A stretch of DNA of 63,998 nt, filler included, from Dirinaria sp. TL-2023a (lineage: Eukaryota), in NCBI GenBank assembly GCA_051941275.1. It is 4 parts of 4 records of this genome, joined end to end, with 100 filler letters (N's around TTAATTAATTAA, not from the genome) between each part and the next. Parts side by side here need not be neighbours in the genome. Positions count along the whole stretch, not along the records: positions 1 to 16,571 come from JAVEBF010000483.1; 3 more parts are not named here. One strand, 5' to 3'. A program made the translations under genes and the position numbers. Below, one piece after another: positions 1 through 13,349 of the stretch (position 1 is its first letter; the number at the start of each line of letters is the position of its first letter). Below the pieces are notes generated by a model. That model was not told where the DNA came from. It was given only the letters and a program-made list of their open reading frames with translations, and ran no database searches.

Positions 1-995
1 GGCATGGCGTAGGCTTGTTGTTGGGGTGTTTGGTTGTTGTTGTTGTAGAATAGATTGTAGTCGTCCGAGGTCGGCATTGCTTCTTCGATGCGTCGGTGGT
101 GCGGTTGCAGCGACATCGCGGCTTTCTGCTCCAGCGACGCGGATTGTAGGTCGTTCAGGGAGGGTGGAGGGGGCAGATCGGCTTGGTCGTCGGCTTCTTC
201 GAACAGCACGGTTTCCACGACCACGAAGTCGTGCCAGTCGATCTGCGCGTACTCCAGCTGCTCTTTTTCCAACGCTTCTTCTTTCTTCGCTTTCTGCTCT
301 TCTTGGTACTTCACCCACTGCGCGCGCTGCTTGGCGCGGCCCAGCACGTGGAAGCGGTCGGCGACGTGGGCTTCGAGTTCTTGGATGCGTGCCCGCTGCG
401 CTTTCTCACCTGCCGGGCTCGAGGCTTGGAGCAGGATGTTGTACTGGTCGATCAGCCGGCTGAAGAATTGATGCAGACTGTGCTGCGGGCGCAGGAAATC
501 GAACTGATAGTTCCGCGCCTCCTTCTGCGCCAGCGAAGTCATGAAGGATCGACCGTTCTTGGCCACGAACAGCGCGGTCAACCGCACCACGTCCAGGTCT
601 TGGGCGCTGATATTGGGCATCCGCGCGGAGAAGTGGAATTCCGGCGGCGGGGCGGGGCCTTTGGGTTTTTCTGGTTCGGGAGGCGGCGCTGGTTCATTTG
701 CTCGCCCGGCTGATACGGCGTTGCCCCGGCCGGCACGCACTTCGTCCAGCCGCCACTGGTAGAACGGGCTGTATGGGTCTTTGGGGCTCAGGAAGGAGAA
801 TTTCGGGTTGTGCTTCTCGCGGTCCCGGATCCGGTCTTCGAACACGGCGCCATTGCGTGCTACGTAGCCCGCGGTGCGCTCGACGATTGTGCGGATGTCT
901 CTGGGCGGGAGGACGACGCCTGCTGGGGGTTTACTGACTTCTTCGGGGAGGTTGACGGGGGTGGGAGAGTCTGTGTTGATTGCTGACGGTGCCAT
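1..995 (-). CDS. PRP21: Splicing factor 3A subunit 1 (Prp21/SAP114), 5' part; runs off the window start
   Basis: Manual minus-strand translation from ATG at 995 gives MAPSAINTDSPTPVNLPEEVSKPPAGVVLPPRDIRTIVERTAGYVARNGAVFEDRIRDREKHNPKFSFLSPKDPYSPFYQWRL (SURP module). It continues to a second SURP (LTALFVAKNGRSF) and the YAQIDWHDFVVVETV motif. It is absent from the ORF track because no stop lies in the window. Confidence 0.93.
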   Translation of the reverse strand, partial: MAPSAINTDSPTPVNLPEEVSKPPAGVVLPPRDIRTIVERTAGYVARNGAVFEDRIRDREKHNPKFSFLSPKDPYSPFYQWRLDEVRAGRGNAVSAGRANEPAPPPEPEKPKGPAPPPEFHFSARMPNISAQDLDVVRLTALFVAKNGRSFMTSLAQKEARNYQFDFLRPQHSLHQFFSRLIDQYNILLQASSPAGEKAQRARIQELEAHVADRFHVLGRAKQRAQWVKYQEEQKAKKEEALEKEQLEYAQIDWHDFVVVETVLFEEADDQADLPPPPSLNDLQSASLEQKAAMSLQPHHRRIEEAMPTSDDYNLFYNNNNQTPQQQAYAM

Positions 996-1624
996 AGCGG
1001 TAGTCAGAGGGAATATCTGAGCGGTTTGTGGAGGTTATTATTGCGACTGATTGCCCATCATCTTTCCATTGTGGGGGTACAAGGTATATGAGTGATGTCC
1101 GTAGAAGGGAGAGCGATCTTGTTTTTCTGATAGCTTAACAGATTCAGGACGCTGATTGATGAATCGATGGGCTATGGACCGATGAAACACAGTTGCTCAA
1201 TGTCTTGGAGCAGAATCTGATAGAGCTTTTGAGGCAGCTCGAAATGGTCGTCTTTTCAAACCTACAGTAGGAGTACATGAAAGTTCAAGAGAGTCGGGGC
1301 ACTAGTGCAAGAGCCGGCTAATGTTCGGTTCAGCCTTGCATGGCACCCTTGCTCCCCTTTCTCGGAGAGGTGGCTTTTTCTGTAGATTTCGAGGAAACTT
1401 CAGCTTTGCCTTCGGTTGAGGTTCCACTTCTTCAATCTACCATGAGAGTGAAATGCCGCTAGGCCCATAACACTCATTAATTTCTTCAAGTGTCTTCAGT
1501 GCTGATTTTCTTCTGTCAATCTGCCGGAGTTTCCCGCCTGACAAGCCGCCCCTTGTTGAGCTCTCCGCGCGTTTTCAAGATTTGGGCCTTACTAACGCAC
1601 TGATTTAATCCGTTCACCGCCGTC

Positions 1625-4533
1625 ATGGCTGCCAAAGAAAGCTCCAGAGGACGGAGCCCAGGCCAAATATCCAGATCTCCCAATGGACAGGCAAAGGCAA
1701 TAACCAGGAAATCTGACGACTATAGCTCCCATGGAGTCGAGGATAATGATATCTTCCTGCTACCTGGCTCGGATTTCCAGCTCCTGGGGTTTCTCACGGC
1801 TCTTGCGGCACTCGTGCGCCTATTCCGTATCTATCAGCCCAGTAGCGTCGTCTTCGACGAGGTGCAGTAAGTCCCCGGCTCTACATTTTTGCTTTTTACA
1901 GGCTAATCCTACGTAGCTTTGGCGGATTCGCCTCGAAGTACATCAAGGGACGATTCTTCATGGATGTCCATCCGCCGTTAGCTAAACTCCTCCTGACCCT
2001 CGCTGGCTGGCTTGCAGGGTTCGACGGTGAATTTGACTTTAAAGACATTGGGAAAGACTACCTCGAACCTGGCGTTCCGTATGTGGCTATGAGACTGCTG
2101 CCGGCAATCATGGGAGTCATGACGGTTCCGATGATCTTTTTGACTCTCAAGGCCACTGGCTGCAAGACCATGACCTCGGCAATGGGCGCAGGCTTGCTCA
2201 TCTTTGAGAATGGCTTGCTGACGCAATCGCGCCTCATACTGCTCGACTCCCCTTTGATTGTCTTCACTGCTTTCACCGCATTGGCCTGGACATGTTTCAC
2301 AAACCAGCATGAGCAAGGACCCTCGAAGGCTTTTGACGCCAGCTGGTGGTTCTGGCTCGTCAATACCGGCCTTGGGCTGGGCGCTACAGTCAGTGTCAAA
2401 TGGGTTGGGCTTTTCACCATTGCCTGGGTCGGAAGTTTGACAATCGTCCAACTATGGGTACTAATCGGAGATACCAAAACGGTCACACCTAGGATATGGT
2501 TAAAGCACTTCCTTGCACGTGTCTTCTGCCTTATAATCATTCCGATCACATTCTACATGGTACTATTCGCGATCCACTTCGTGTGTTTGGTGAATCCTGG
2601 AGATGGAGATGGATTTATGTCTTCGGAATTTCAAGCCACTCTCAACTCCAAGTCAATGCAAGACGTGCCCGTTGATGTAGTTCTCGGAAGTAGGGTCAGC
2701 CTTCGACACCACAACACTCATGGTGGATACTTGCACTCACACAATCATATGTACCCTACTGGAAGCAAGCAACAGCAGATTACCCTGTACCCCCACAAGG
2801 ACGAAAATAACGCCTGGCTACTTGAGAACCAAACGCAGCCTGAAGGCCCGGATGGACCAATAATGGGGTTGAAAGCTTGGGACGATTTGCCTCCCACGAA
2901 GATCGCGGATGGCACTGTTCTTCGACTGCACCATATTGTGACAAGCCGACGTTTGCATTCCCACGATACACGCCCTCCCGTCAGTGAAGCGGACTGGCAG
3001 AATGAAGTTTCCGCTTATGGGTATGAAGGATTTGAAGGAGACGCCAATGATTTCTTCAGACTGGAAATTGTCAAATCAATGTCAGATGGCGCCGCTGCAA
3101 AAACTCACCTACGTACTATCGAGACAAAATTCAAGCTTGTTCATATAATGACCGGTTGCTCCCTCTTCTCGCACAAAGTCAAATTACCTGATTGGGGCTT
3201 CGATCAGCAAGAAGTAACTTGCGCTAAGCAAGGGACTCTGCCAAACAGCATCTGGTACGTTGAGCAGAACGAACACCCTCAGCTTGGTCCAGACTCGGAG
3301 AAGGTCAACTACAAGAACCCTGGGTTTCTCGGCAAGTTTTGGGAGCTACAGAAAGTCATGTGGACTACCAATGCCGGGCTCGTCGAGTCCCACGCATGGG
3401 ATTCGAGACCTCCGTCTTGGCCAGTTATGCGCCGTGGCATCAACTTCTGGGGCAAAGACAACCGCCAAATCTATCTTCTTGGCAACCCAGTGATATGGTA
3501 TTCCTCCACCGTTGCTATCGCTATATATTTTGTCTTCAAAGGTCTGTCGGTTCTCCGCTGGCAAAGAGGCTACAGAGATTACGAGAGTGTGAACTTCAAA
3601 CGCTTTGACTATGAGATAGGCACTTCTGTACTCGGTTGGGCGTTCCACTACTTTCCTTTCTATCTTATGCAGCGGCAACTGTTCTTGCATCACTACTTCC
3701 CAGCACTTTATTTCGCAATCATGACCTTATGCCAGATATACGACTTTGGTGCAAACCGAGTTGCCAGTCTCGGACTTAAAAGCCGGCCGGGCATAGGGCG
3801 AAGCGGGATCGCGCTACTTTTGGCTGCTAGTATCGTTACCTTCACAATCTATGCACCACTGGCCTACGGTAACGCCTGGACCCAAAGCGCGTGTAACAAA
3901 GTCAAAATATTAGATACTTGGGACTTCGATTGCAATGCTTTCCACACTGATGTAAGTGTTCCGTCCCTTTAGTTGACTGGTCGAGGCGTTTGGATTTGGA
4001 GCTCTGGCTGATGCTGACTGAGCAAATAGCTTGCACAGTATGACATCTCATCAGCAAGTGCAGGTAATGTTGTGGCGACTGGCTCTCCTAAAGCCGATTA
4101 TGTTGAGGCTGGGAAGCAAAGAGCCAGCAAGGATGACAACGTCACGCCTCAACCATCATCGGAAGAGCCTGCACTACAGCAAGATGAGAAGGTTGAGTAC
4201 AGAGACCAAGACGGCAATTTGCTCAATCCGGAGCAGGTTGCAGAATTGGAAGGAAAGGTGTCGTTCCAGACTAAATATGAGACGAAGACGAGACTAGTGG
4301 ATGCTGCTGGGAATGAGATCGGAGATGCGTCAGCAGGGGCTGAGGGTTTTGCTCCCCCACACCCTGATGCGGATCGAGAACCAGAGACGGCTCCTAATCA
4401 AGACGAAGATGACAAGCGCAAGCGCCCGGCGACGGCTTCACCAGAAAATGATGTGGGGAAAGAGAAATCCGCGGAGAAGGCAAAAGATGGGAAGCCAGCG
4501 CCAGGCAGCGAGCCAAAAGACGCGACACGATAA
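1625..4533 (+). CDS. PMT1: Dolichyl-phosphate-mannose:protein O-mannosyltransferase, PMT1 subfamily (3 exons; introns 1867-1916 and ~3952-4029)
   Basis: Splicing restores [32 protein letters not shown]. MIR-domain motifs (GGYLHSH, RRLHSHD), QLFLHHYFPALYF and the long acidic C-tail (KVSFQTKYETKTRLVD) are typical of Pezizomycotina PMT1. Confidence 0.93.
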
Positions 4534-5225
4534 ATAATCAAATTCGCTTCGTCAATGTATTCTGATGTATAAGTATGGTAGACTTGAACTCTCAAATTAC
4601 TCGATACCAAGATTCATGGCCGCATCCAGGTGCAATGAATATCTCAACCGCGACTTCTCGCGGACACCGATTATCTATGTAATGTCGCCTTTTCCCCGGT
4701 GGCTTGATTTATTGGCAGGTAACTGTTCGCAATCCAACATTTTCGAAATCCTCACAGGCCTTACGCAAGGACGGCTTCATATAAAGACGTCATTTCCAAA
4801 CAGGAGAATGAGAGGCGCACAGAAATAAGGATCTCCCAACCTCACAAGGACATTGACGAGTGGGCAGTGCCTCGACCTACCCTCCCGCAGTGCTATTTTC
4901 GATCACTGGGCAGCAAGACTGAGGCAAGCGGAGCGCAGCCTGACTGACAGTAAGTGTTGCCAAGTCGTCTTGTCCAGGTTGAAGATCGGTGTTAGGGATT
5001 CATTTCAATTAACATCCCCTTGGGAGACCTCCTTTCGCCGGATTTGATCATGAAAGACGATCGTTCGCTGTCACATACCCCTTTCTCACCAGTGCACTTT
5101 CCTGCACGGGCACCAGTAAGGCATGTAATGGAGGTTTGGGCGAAAGCTTCTGCTACGACCCACAAACTAAGCCTAAGCTAAAGGAAGCGCAGGTCAGTTC
5201 ATTATTTACCTGGCGAGGCAAACTG

Positions 5226-5774
5226 TTATTGCGATGCTACCAAAGCATCAGTCGTATTCGGGCTGAGGCCTGCAGCTTGTTGAGACATCGTGAGATTTTT
5301 TGAAGGCTTCCATCCAAATATAATAACCTGCAGCGCCTCTTTTTCACCAATTTCAGCGAGACCACCGAGATGAGGCGGCGTATTCTTCACGCAATACTCT
5401 GCCAAGCCTAACGCAATATCGCCGAGGTAATTGAAGGTTACCACTTCGGATTCTGCGTCCTTTCTCAAATCGATTTCTATGCCACAATGACCATAAATCC
5501 ACTTTTTTGGAACCTAGGTTACGTCAGATCTTGAGCCATGCGTGCAGAAAGCAAATCTCATGACCTGATAGCCAACTTTCGGATCACGACTGAACACGAT
5601 GGGTGCCCGGGACTTCTCGGTACCTGACGGGATGTACGCTAATGCTTCGTAGCAATCCGTCAGTGGTGGGCCGATCACCTGGCGTTCACCAGGCGGGTTC
5701 TGGCTGAAACAGCCACCCTCAGAAAGTACGAAGGTGAAGTTCAAGAAGCACAGAAGCCATATTAATGTTGGCAT
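5226..5774 (-). CDS. Small secreted Cys-containing protein (2 exons, intron 5514-5564), effector-like
   Basis: Signal-peptide-like MPTLIWLLCFLNFTFVLS. A GTCATG...CTGAC...TAG intron joins ...KVGYQ in frame to VPKKWIYGHCGIEIDLRKD...YCVKNTPPHLGG, giving about 165 aa. Confidence 0.8.
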
Positions 5775-7048
5775 AACGCTTGTTGGTCTCCGTATGAGAA
5801 ATAACTGCGAAGTTGCGCATGGATTTCAGTAGGAGCTTCTGTACTTGATCAAATGATACACCATTGAGCCTGCGCAAAGTAGGAGTTCACGACTTCCATC
5901 AATGAAGACCATTTCAATTGCGCAAGTCGCATAAACGTGCTGCGTCATAATGCACTTCTGGCGCTTGTTGCGCCCTCCACGCCGAATCTTGCAGAAGCGA
6001 TGGCGTAAAGAAGAGCGATTGGAAGTTGTTAGAACACACTCACGTTGCACACCGTACACATAGCTGAGTGAAATAAAAAGCATTTCACCCACAAGGATGG
6101 GGAACTGGCGGTAACCCACAAATGAGAAATGCACTTTCAAGAGCTCGAAGATGTGATAGTGAGGTCTCAGGATTTGACATTTGGCAGCAATGCTGGATGT
6201 GAAAGCCCTTTCATAGGAGCTAGACATAGCTTTCTAGGCTTTCTCTTCTCACAAATCCCAGCCTCAGCAAATTCTCCCGAAAGTCATCACCAGACGGCTC
6301 AAAATTGAAATCATCAGCACAACCATTACCGAATCTCAGCAGCTGACACCGATCCAGAGCATGGAGAGACAGAAGCGACTTCAGCTCCCACGCCTCATTA
6401 CAGTAAATCTTTTTTTTATAAATACCCGGGCCAGTTACACCCTATAAACCGACCTTCCTACACAAAGAAGTCTCGATATTATCATTCAGCTTGGCAAATT
6501 GTGATACATTTTGGAGTCATCTTGACTGGCTTAGCGGCGAATCGATTTATTTCTGTGATTGCTTTTACGATGCTATTACTTTGACTGAAGACTGCTTTAA
6601 TAATTTTTCCAATTGATGATGGCTCTTCGTGGGAAGGCTAGTCCGTTTCCAGCTCGTCACCATGTCTTTGTCATGACTCCTTATAACCCGATACTCCTTA
6701 TAAAGGAGGTTTACTGTATGCGACTGTGTCTAAATTCTGAAGTGAACAATAACCGACTAGCGCGACAGAATGATCCAGAATGCAGAGATTACAAGAAAAC
6801 ACACATCGCATAATCCAAGTGCACGTCCTGTAGAATGTCATACTCCTACTGCTATTGAGGGCTTATAGCCTCGAATTGGCCTATCCAAGCCCACGTCAAT
6901 GCTGCCAAATAGAATCAAGTCGTGAAAGCATGCGCTCGAGTTTCAGGGCCTTTTGATATAAAGCTTATTCCCTGAAATTGACTACACTATGCTCCGAATG
7001 TCAGGGAGGGTCTTTCAACGACCAATGCTGGGACAAGCCATGAACCCT

Positions 7049-7712
7049 CTACCAATCATCTTTGCCCCATTTGTTGAACCTATCATGCATTTTCTGTACG
7101 CCAATGATCAGCAAGCGCCCATATTTAGGACCCCGAATCATTTCCACCAACCTTGGGCAGAGTAACATTGGGCACGATTACGCTATGCAGAGCGCTAGGA
7201 GCGTCCTTGGGAGCCTTATTCGGGTCTCCACCAGGGTGGTATTGGTATTTGAAGTGCTCATCATGCTTGGCATCGTGTTTCGCGTTCTCGGTTTCCCAGG
7301 GCATGGTCCCTTCGGCCATACTGACGGGGGCTTCGGAAGACGAGGAGGTGGGCTTGCGGGCTACAGTGTACATTCTGATTAATGCCAACGACGAGCAATT
7401 GGGCACTTGGGGGAGATACACACCGAAGTGATAGCCCGCAAGGCAGAAAGCCAAGGACATGACGCCCAATAGGATCTGATGCTGCTGTTAGAGTGCTGAT
7501 TCCTTCAAAGTTGGTATGGGAATGCCTCTCACATATAATTCAGGGTTGCGCTTTGCTTCTTTCTGGAGGGTGTCGTCCGTCTTCACCTTTTCCGAGATTG
7601 GAGGGTTGGGAGCGGTTGTGGCGGAGGTTGTAGCTCTGCGGAGGGCGATACTGGTGATGGGTGTACGGAGCCTGGCCCTGGTGGCTATGAGGCCTACTCT
7701 AGATGCGATCAT
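7049..7712 (-). CDS. Conserved small fungal single-TM protein with mitochondrial-type presequence (NDUFA4/MLRQ-like by motif), 4 exons
   Basis: The spliced product is MIASRVGLIATRARLRTP...KRNPELY|ILLGVMSLAFCLAGYHF|...MPWE...FKYQYHPGGD...VIVPNVTLPK|KMHDRFNKWGKDDW*. It has an Arg-rich acid-free N-terminus, a PELY+TM helix, and PW and FKY motifs. Confidence 0.75.
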
Positions 7713-8351
7713 GGCTTGGGTGTTGCGAATTTGGATTGTCGAATAGAATAGTGAGCAGTAGATGAAAGGGGCACTGAGTGCAAATAAGGTAATCACAGTA
7801 CAGTAGGTGGAGTGAACGTTGACGTCTTTGGATTCGATACCTGCCTTAGACCTTACAGTGCTGCCACCTGAAGCTAGTCCAATTCCAGCTAGGTCGATAC
7901 AGAAGCGCGCTTGTGACGATCCCGGCCCCTGATGCCGACTGGGGCCGAACGGGGGCACCGGTTGGCGGTTGCTGCAGGAAGTGCAGACTGACGTTCTGGC
8001 ACTGGGAGTTTCGTGTGTGTGGACTGCGTGCAGGCGTTCAGGGCAAATTGCGACTGCTCTTCCGCCGTGCCACCACTGGCTTCCCTCATCGACGGATTGT
8101 TGTCATTGTCCTGCTGCATTGTGGCTCTGTCGTCGCTCGAAGGTGTCTCCGACTTCGTACCCTGTCATTATCATCTGCTCCTACCCGTCGCTCGTTTGTA
8201 CTACTCGCCCACGCCACAGTACAAACCGGTCAAACTGTCTACACCTTCCTTTGCTTCGCCCACGATATTCTGCTGGAAAATGTGGCTGGACGATGCATTG
8301 AACACAATTCTGTCAGAGAAACCATTATAACCTGGGCCACCACAAGACGAA

Positions 8352-10414
8352 ATGACCTCTTCATCCCCACCCCCGGGTCCGCTCTCCCCTGAAGCCTCGT
8401 TCCCTGTCCCACCTTCAGCCCCAAGTATTATCTCCTCACGCATGACCGACATTGTATCCGAGGATGGGGATGAGTACCAGCCTGAAGGACTGGCAACCAC
8501 GCACGCTCTTAACAGAAAAGCCAATGACTCGTCTCGACCTCAGTCGCCAACTTCTGCACAGACTCGACCATCACGGAGAGGGACCCCCTTTTCAGGAACC
8601 TCGAACACATCGCCGGGTTGGAGGTCTGGTGGTGCATTTGGAGGGCCCGGTGGATCTATATCGAACACGAGCAGACCACAGAGCGCCAACAGCCGGAGTA
8701 GCAGAACGCATGTACCGTCGTTGGCATCTCAAGCTTTCTTTCATCCGATGAGCTCTCAACGTCTTCAGGCTCAGAGAAGCAATCGAGCTGTCGTTCCACA
8801 GCACCGAACACCCGCGAGTTTAGAAGGCTACAGCGAGACCGAGAGTCATAACCGCAGGCACAGTATAGGGTCTCATGCAACTGACCAGCATCAGGACAAA
8901 GAACAGCCGGGAAAGGAGCTGTCACCGCCCTCAAGAGGTACTGATTTCACAAAGCAAGACGACCGCTACACGACGAATGCGAGCCCTACTGGCGAGGCGA
9001 CTGCTCAGAGTATTGGTGAAAGTGAGAGGCCGCTACAAAGGCCATCCGCTAGTCTCCGGCCAGTGCCACTGCAGGTCAACGACAATTACAAGCACAGCAC
9101 TGCTAGAGGAGCGTCGGTTGAGAAGTCCCCAAGATCCTTTCGCGCAAGCTTCCTTTTACCCGCAAGGAGGTCTGGGGTCACTTCTCGAACCGGCGGCAAC
9201 GGCCACAGGCGGCTCGATTCAGGCTCTCCAAGAAATGGGAAAATAGTCACAGGAGAGCAGGATGCTCGGAAATCGGGTATCAATTATCAGTACTTCGACG
9301 GCAATACCGTTTTCTGCTGGGGAGGTAGACTGCAGAATACCAGGGATCGGCCTGTCAACATTGCAACCGCATTGATTGTAATCCTACCTTCTTGTCTGTT
9401 TTTCGCATACTCGTGAGTACTCCGAAACGGAACTTGCAAGATCAGAGGGACTGACATTTAGTATTTCAGTGCGCCGTGGCTATGGCACAATGTATCCCCT
9501 GCAATACCTATTTTTTTTGCTTACTTTGTATTTTTATGCATATCTTCTCTAATTCATGCGTCTGTAACTAATCCTGGGGTACGTTCAATTTAACCATTTT
9601 TGGGGCAATCTCCTACTCACAAACCCAGATCCTACCTCGTAACCTACATCCAATAGTTCCCCCCGAGAACTCCGACGATCCATTGACGCTTGGACCGCCT
9701 ACGACTGAATGGACCATGGTCAAGTCTGCTTCTAAGGAAACGGCAGCCATGGATGTTCCAAGCAAGTATTGCAAGACGTGCAATATCTGGCGACCGCTGC
9801 GTTGTCACCACTGCCGAATCTGTGACAATTGCATCGAGACACAGGACCACCACTGCGTATGGATCAACAACTGCGTGGGACGACGCAACTATCGATATTT
9901 CTTCACCTTTATCTTCACTGGTACCATTCTTGGCATCTTCCTGACTTTTGCCAGCCTTGGGCACTGCTTGCGATACCAATCATCACATCATGTGTCCTTT
10001 CGTGAGTCAATCGACCGCTGGAGAGTTCCTTTCGCGATGTTCATCTATGGACTATTGGCGACACCATACCCGGCCTGTCTTCTAGCGTATCACCTCTTTC
10101 TCATGGGCAGAGGCGACACGACTCGGGAATACCTGAATGCTCTCAAGTTTCTCAAAAAAGACCGTCACCGGCCATACAATCAAGGTTCTTTCTGGAAGAA
10201 TTGGTTGGTAGTGCTCCTTCGACCAAGACCGCCGACGTATCTGCACTTCAAAGCGAAATACGAGGAAGGTGATCAGCGGTTCGGTCCCCGCAGAGGCAAG
10301 AGGACCGCACCCCTGGTCGATCAGCAGCAGGGTGGGGCCATGGAATTGCAGAAGATGGAAAATTCGACGCCTGGGTTTGAAGGGCCAACTGCGCTCCGGC
10401 AGCCGGGAAGTTGA
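8352..10414 (+). CDS. ERF2: DHHC palmitoyltransferase ERF2 (introns 9413-9469, 9579-9628)
   Basis: NYQYFDGNTVFCWGGRLQNTRDRP, NPG|ILPRNLH and the DHHC-CRD KYCKTCNIWRPLRCHHCRICDNCIETQDHHCVWINNCVGRRNYRYFF. Confidence 0.95.
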
Positions 10415-10954
10415 GATCAGCCTCCAGCTGTGACGCGACTTAGCTTATGGAATTTTTACATAATAATCCTCGCACGTTTTCGTCTTTTCTTACTGAATTT
10501 CAGCGAGCGTAAGCATTGGGGGCGCCTTTGCATCGTCTTATACCCGGCCACTACCAACACTGAGTTGGATTGGTGGACAAGTGTACGAGCTTTAGGTAAT
10601 TATACTTTGCTACAACAGAATTAATTATTATACCTTACCTTATGGTCAATCCTCTTCGCGTCTGCATGTTGAGAACTTTAGCTGGAATGCAATTGGGCCT
10701 CGGCGACTGAAGGTTGTTTGCCAAGACATGGATGTAAACTTCCCATCGGTTTCCCTCTTTCGCTTGTCCTTCACCTCAACTTCAACCTCTCGACACTCTG
10801 CGCTCCCGAGCACACAACAGTGATTGCATATTGTATTCTTCTGATAAACCCTAGCTACATCATCTCGTGGTTCTATTCCAGAGCTTTCTTGACGTGTCCA
10901 CTGCACTTGCACATGTAGCACTCCGTGCCGCAGTTTCTTTCGGAAGGAGCAACA

Positions 10955-13349
10955 ATGCTCTCCTTCCTACAAAATCAACTTGGAAGGCGCTCCTCTGTCC
11001 GACACCCAGAGATGGAGCGCTCAGCCTCGGTACAGTCAAGCGTGTCTCACACCAATAGTACTACCAACGTATCGAACACCAATTCAGAAGCCCCCTCCCT
11101 TACTCCTGCCACAAGCAATACAGACGCTGCCAGCTTTTCCACAGAAGCGACACCCAAGCCGGCCCCATCAGGTAGAAGCTCCGAGCGTCTCCGACATGTC
11201 CGTTCGAGCATTGGCAGCTACAATGAAAATGTACTGGCCGGCAGCACAAAGCGGAGACCAAGGAGACAGACTTTGGACGGCCCCAGTCGCGCTATATCAG
11301 GAGAGACGCTGGTTGAAGATAGCAGTAACAGCGCCCAGGAACAGCTACTGCAGGAAAGTGAACAGGCTCTGAACCGTGACTGGTCGCTGGGGGCTATGCC
11401 TGGGGATGATCTTAAATTGCCTTTGAAGGAGGAAAGTAGCGTGAAGAGACGGAGATCTACGCGTCTAGACATCCTGGAAAAAGCAGCTGATATGATGGAT
11501 AAGACTTCCACTGTGCTGGGCAAGAGAGGCAGGGAAACCGTTGACGCCGGAATGGAGAAACTGAAGTCGCTGGGGGGAAGTAAGAGGAGCGCCATACGCT
11601 CCAGAGAGGTGGTGGCTCCAAATTTCGAAGGACCAATGACGAAGAAAGCACGCTTTTCCGAAGCTGTACCAGCAAAAGAATCCACTCCGCCACCCAAGAC
11701 AGAGCGTAAAGTCATCAAAAAGCCTACAAAGCGCTGGCTATCCCAGGGGCTTTACGTAGGGCAGGATAAGGATTTCAACCCCCGGTTAACGGAGAAGAAG
11801 AACAAGCTCAAGAAGGCAGCGAACCCAAAAGGCAACGAAGGTCACCGATCCATCTTGCCGTTACCGATGTTCGCAGGTCAAAGGGCAATAGAGAACGGAA
11901 GGAACTTCAGGTTACCGTTCGACATATTTTGTCCATTACCACCAGGACAGCCAAAGCCGGAAGAGTGGAAGAAGACACACAAGAGTAAATCCTTTCTTGC
12001 TCTGTCCTAGGGTTTCTTGCTAATCCTCTTTTTAGACGTCTTCGTTGGCGATGCTATCACATACTGGAGGAAAGCCAAGAAGCTAGAGTCGTCGAAGTGT
12101 ATTTGCACTCCAGAGAGCGGCTGCGATGAGAATTGCTTCAACCGCTTCATGCTTTATGAATGTGATAACAGTAATTGTAACATTGGACCTGAACATTGCA
12201 CCAACCGCGCTTTCGAGCAACTACGCCAGAGGACCAAAGCTGGGGGCAAGTACAATATTGGCGTCGAAGTTTGTAAAACGCTGGATCGCGGTCATGGAGT
12301 TCGAGCGAACCGCTCATTCGACCCAAACCAAATCATCGTGGAATATACGGGCGAGATCATCACCCAAGAGGAATGTGACGATCGCATGCATAATCTTTAC
12401 AAAGACGCTGAGGTATAGCCATTCCATCTCTCCTCTTCCCACTGCAATATTGTGGCTGATTCTTCAACAGTGCTACTATCTCATGGACTTTGATCAACAG
12501 ATGATACTCGACGCTACCCGAGGGTCCATTGCCCGCTTCATCAACCACTCGTGCGAGCCTAATTGTCGCATGATCAAATGGACCGTCGGCAACAAACCCC
12601 GCATGGCTCTCTTCGCTGGCGACAAGGGTATCATGACCGGCGAAGAGCTAACCTACGACTACAATTTCGACCCTTACTCGGTCAAGAATGTACAGGAGTG
12701 CCGATGCGGTTCTGCCAACTGCAGGGGTGTGCTCGGACCGAAACCCAAGGAGATCAAAGATGCCCTCAAACCCATCACGGCAGGAGGAGGCCAGAAGCGG
12801 AAGTTGAAAGAAGTTGTGGAAGGCGCGGTTCAGAGCGTGAAGAAGAGGAAGTTGGCCGTGCCGAAGAGCGTCACTTCCGCGATTGCAAAGGCCAAAGCCA
12901 CGACCAGCGAGAGTCTAACGAAAGCAAAGGCACTGACAGGCTCGACGGCGCGGAATGAACGTCTGGTGAAGAAAGTGTCAGAACGGAGCTTGAGAGGCAT
13001 AAGAAGGTCGGCGGTCATTGAGAAACAGATGGATAGCAAGGTGACCAAGAAGAAGACTTTGATCACTTATCAGGGGAGGAGAAGGTCAAGCAACGGGACT
13101 TTTATGAAAGGCCGTATTGGCGATGAGGAAGCAGCCGCGGAGATGAAGGGAGAGAATGAAGAAAAGGAGCAGAAGAGTAAAGAGGTTGAGAGGCCGACTA
13201 GCAAGAGGGACGGCTTGAAGGACAAGGCAGGCAGCGTGCGAAAGAATGTTGTCCGGACTGTGAGGCGGTCGAGCAGGGCTGGCAACAACGGGAAGACGAT
13301 TCGGGTAATTGGAGACGACGATGCAGAGGGATTAGTGGACGGCGCTTGA
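10955..13349 (+). CDS. ASH1: ASH1-like histone H3K36 methyltransferase (AWS-SET-postSET), 3 exons
   Basis: KRWLSQGLYVGQ and FRLPFDIF motifs, AWS Cys cluster (CICTPESGCDENCFNR), SET motifs RFINHSCEPNC and ELTYDYNF, and post-SET CRCGSANCRG. Confidence 0.92.

Noticed and set aside
26..937. Several overlapping + strand ORFs of 70-176 aa
   Set aside because: They are antisense shadows of the GC-rich PRP21 coding sequence on the minus strand.
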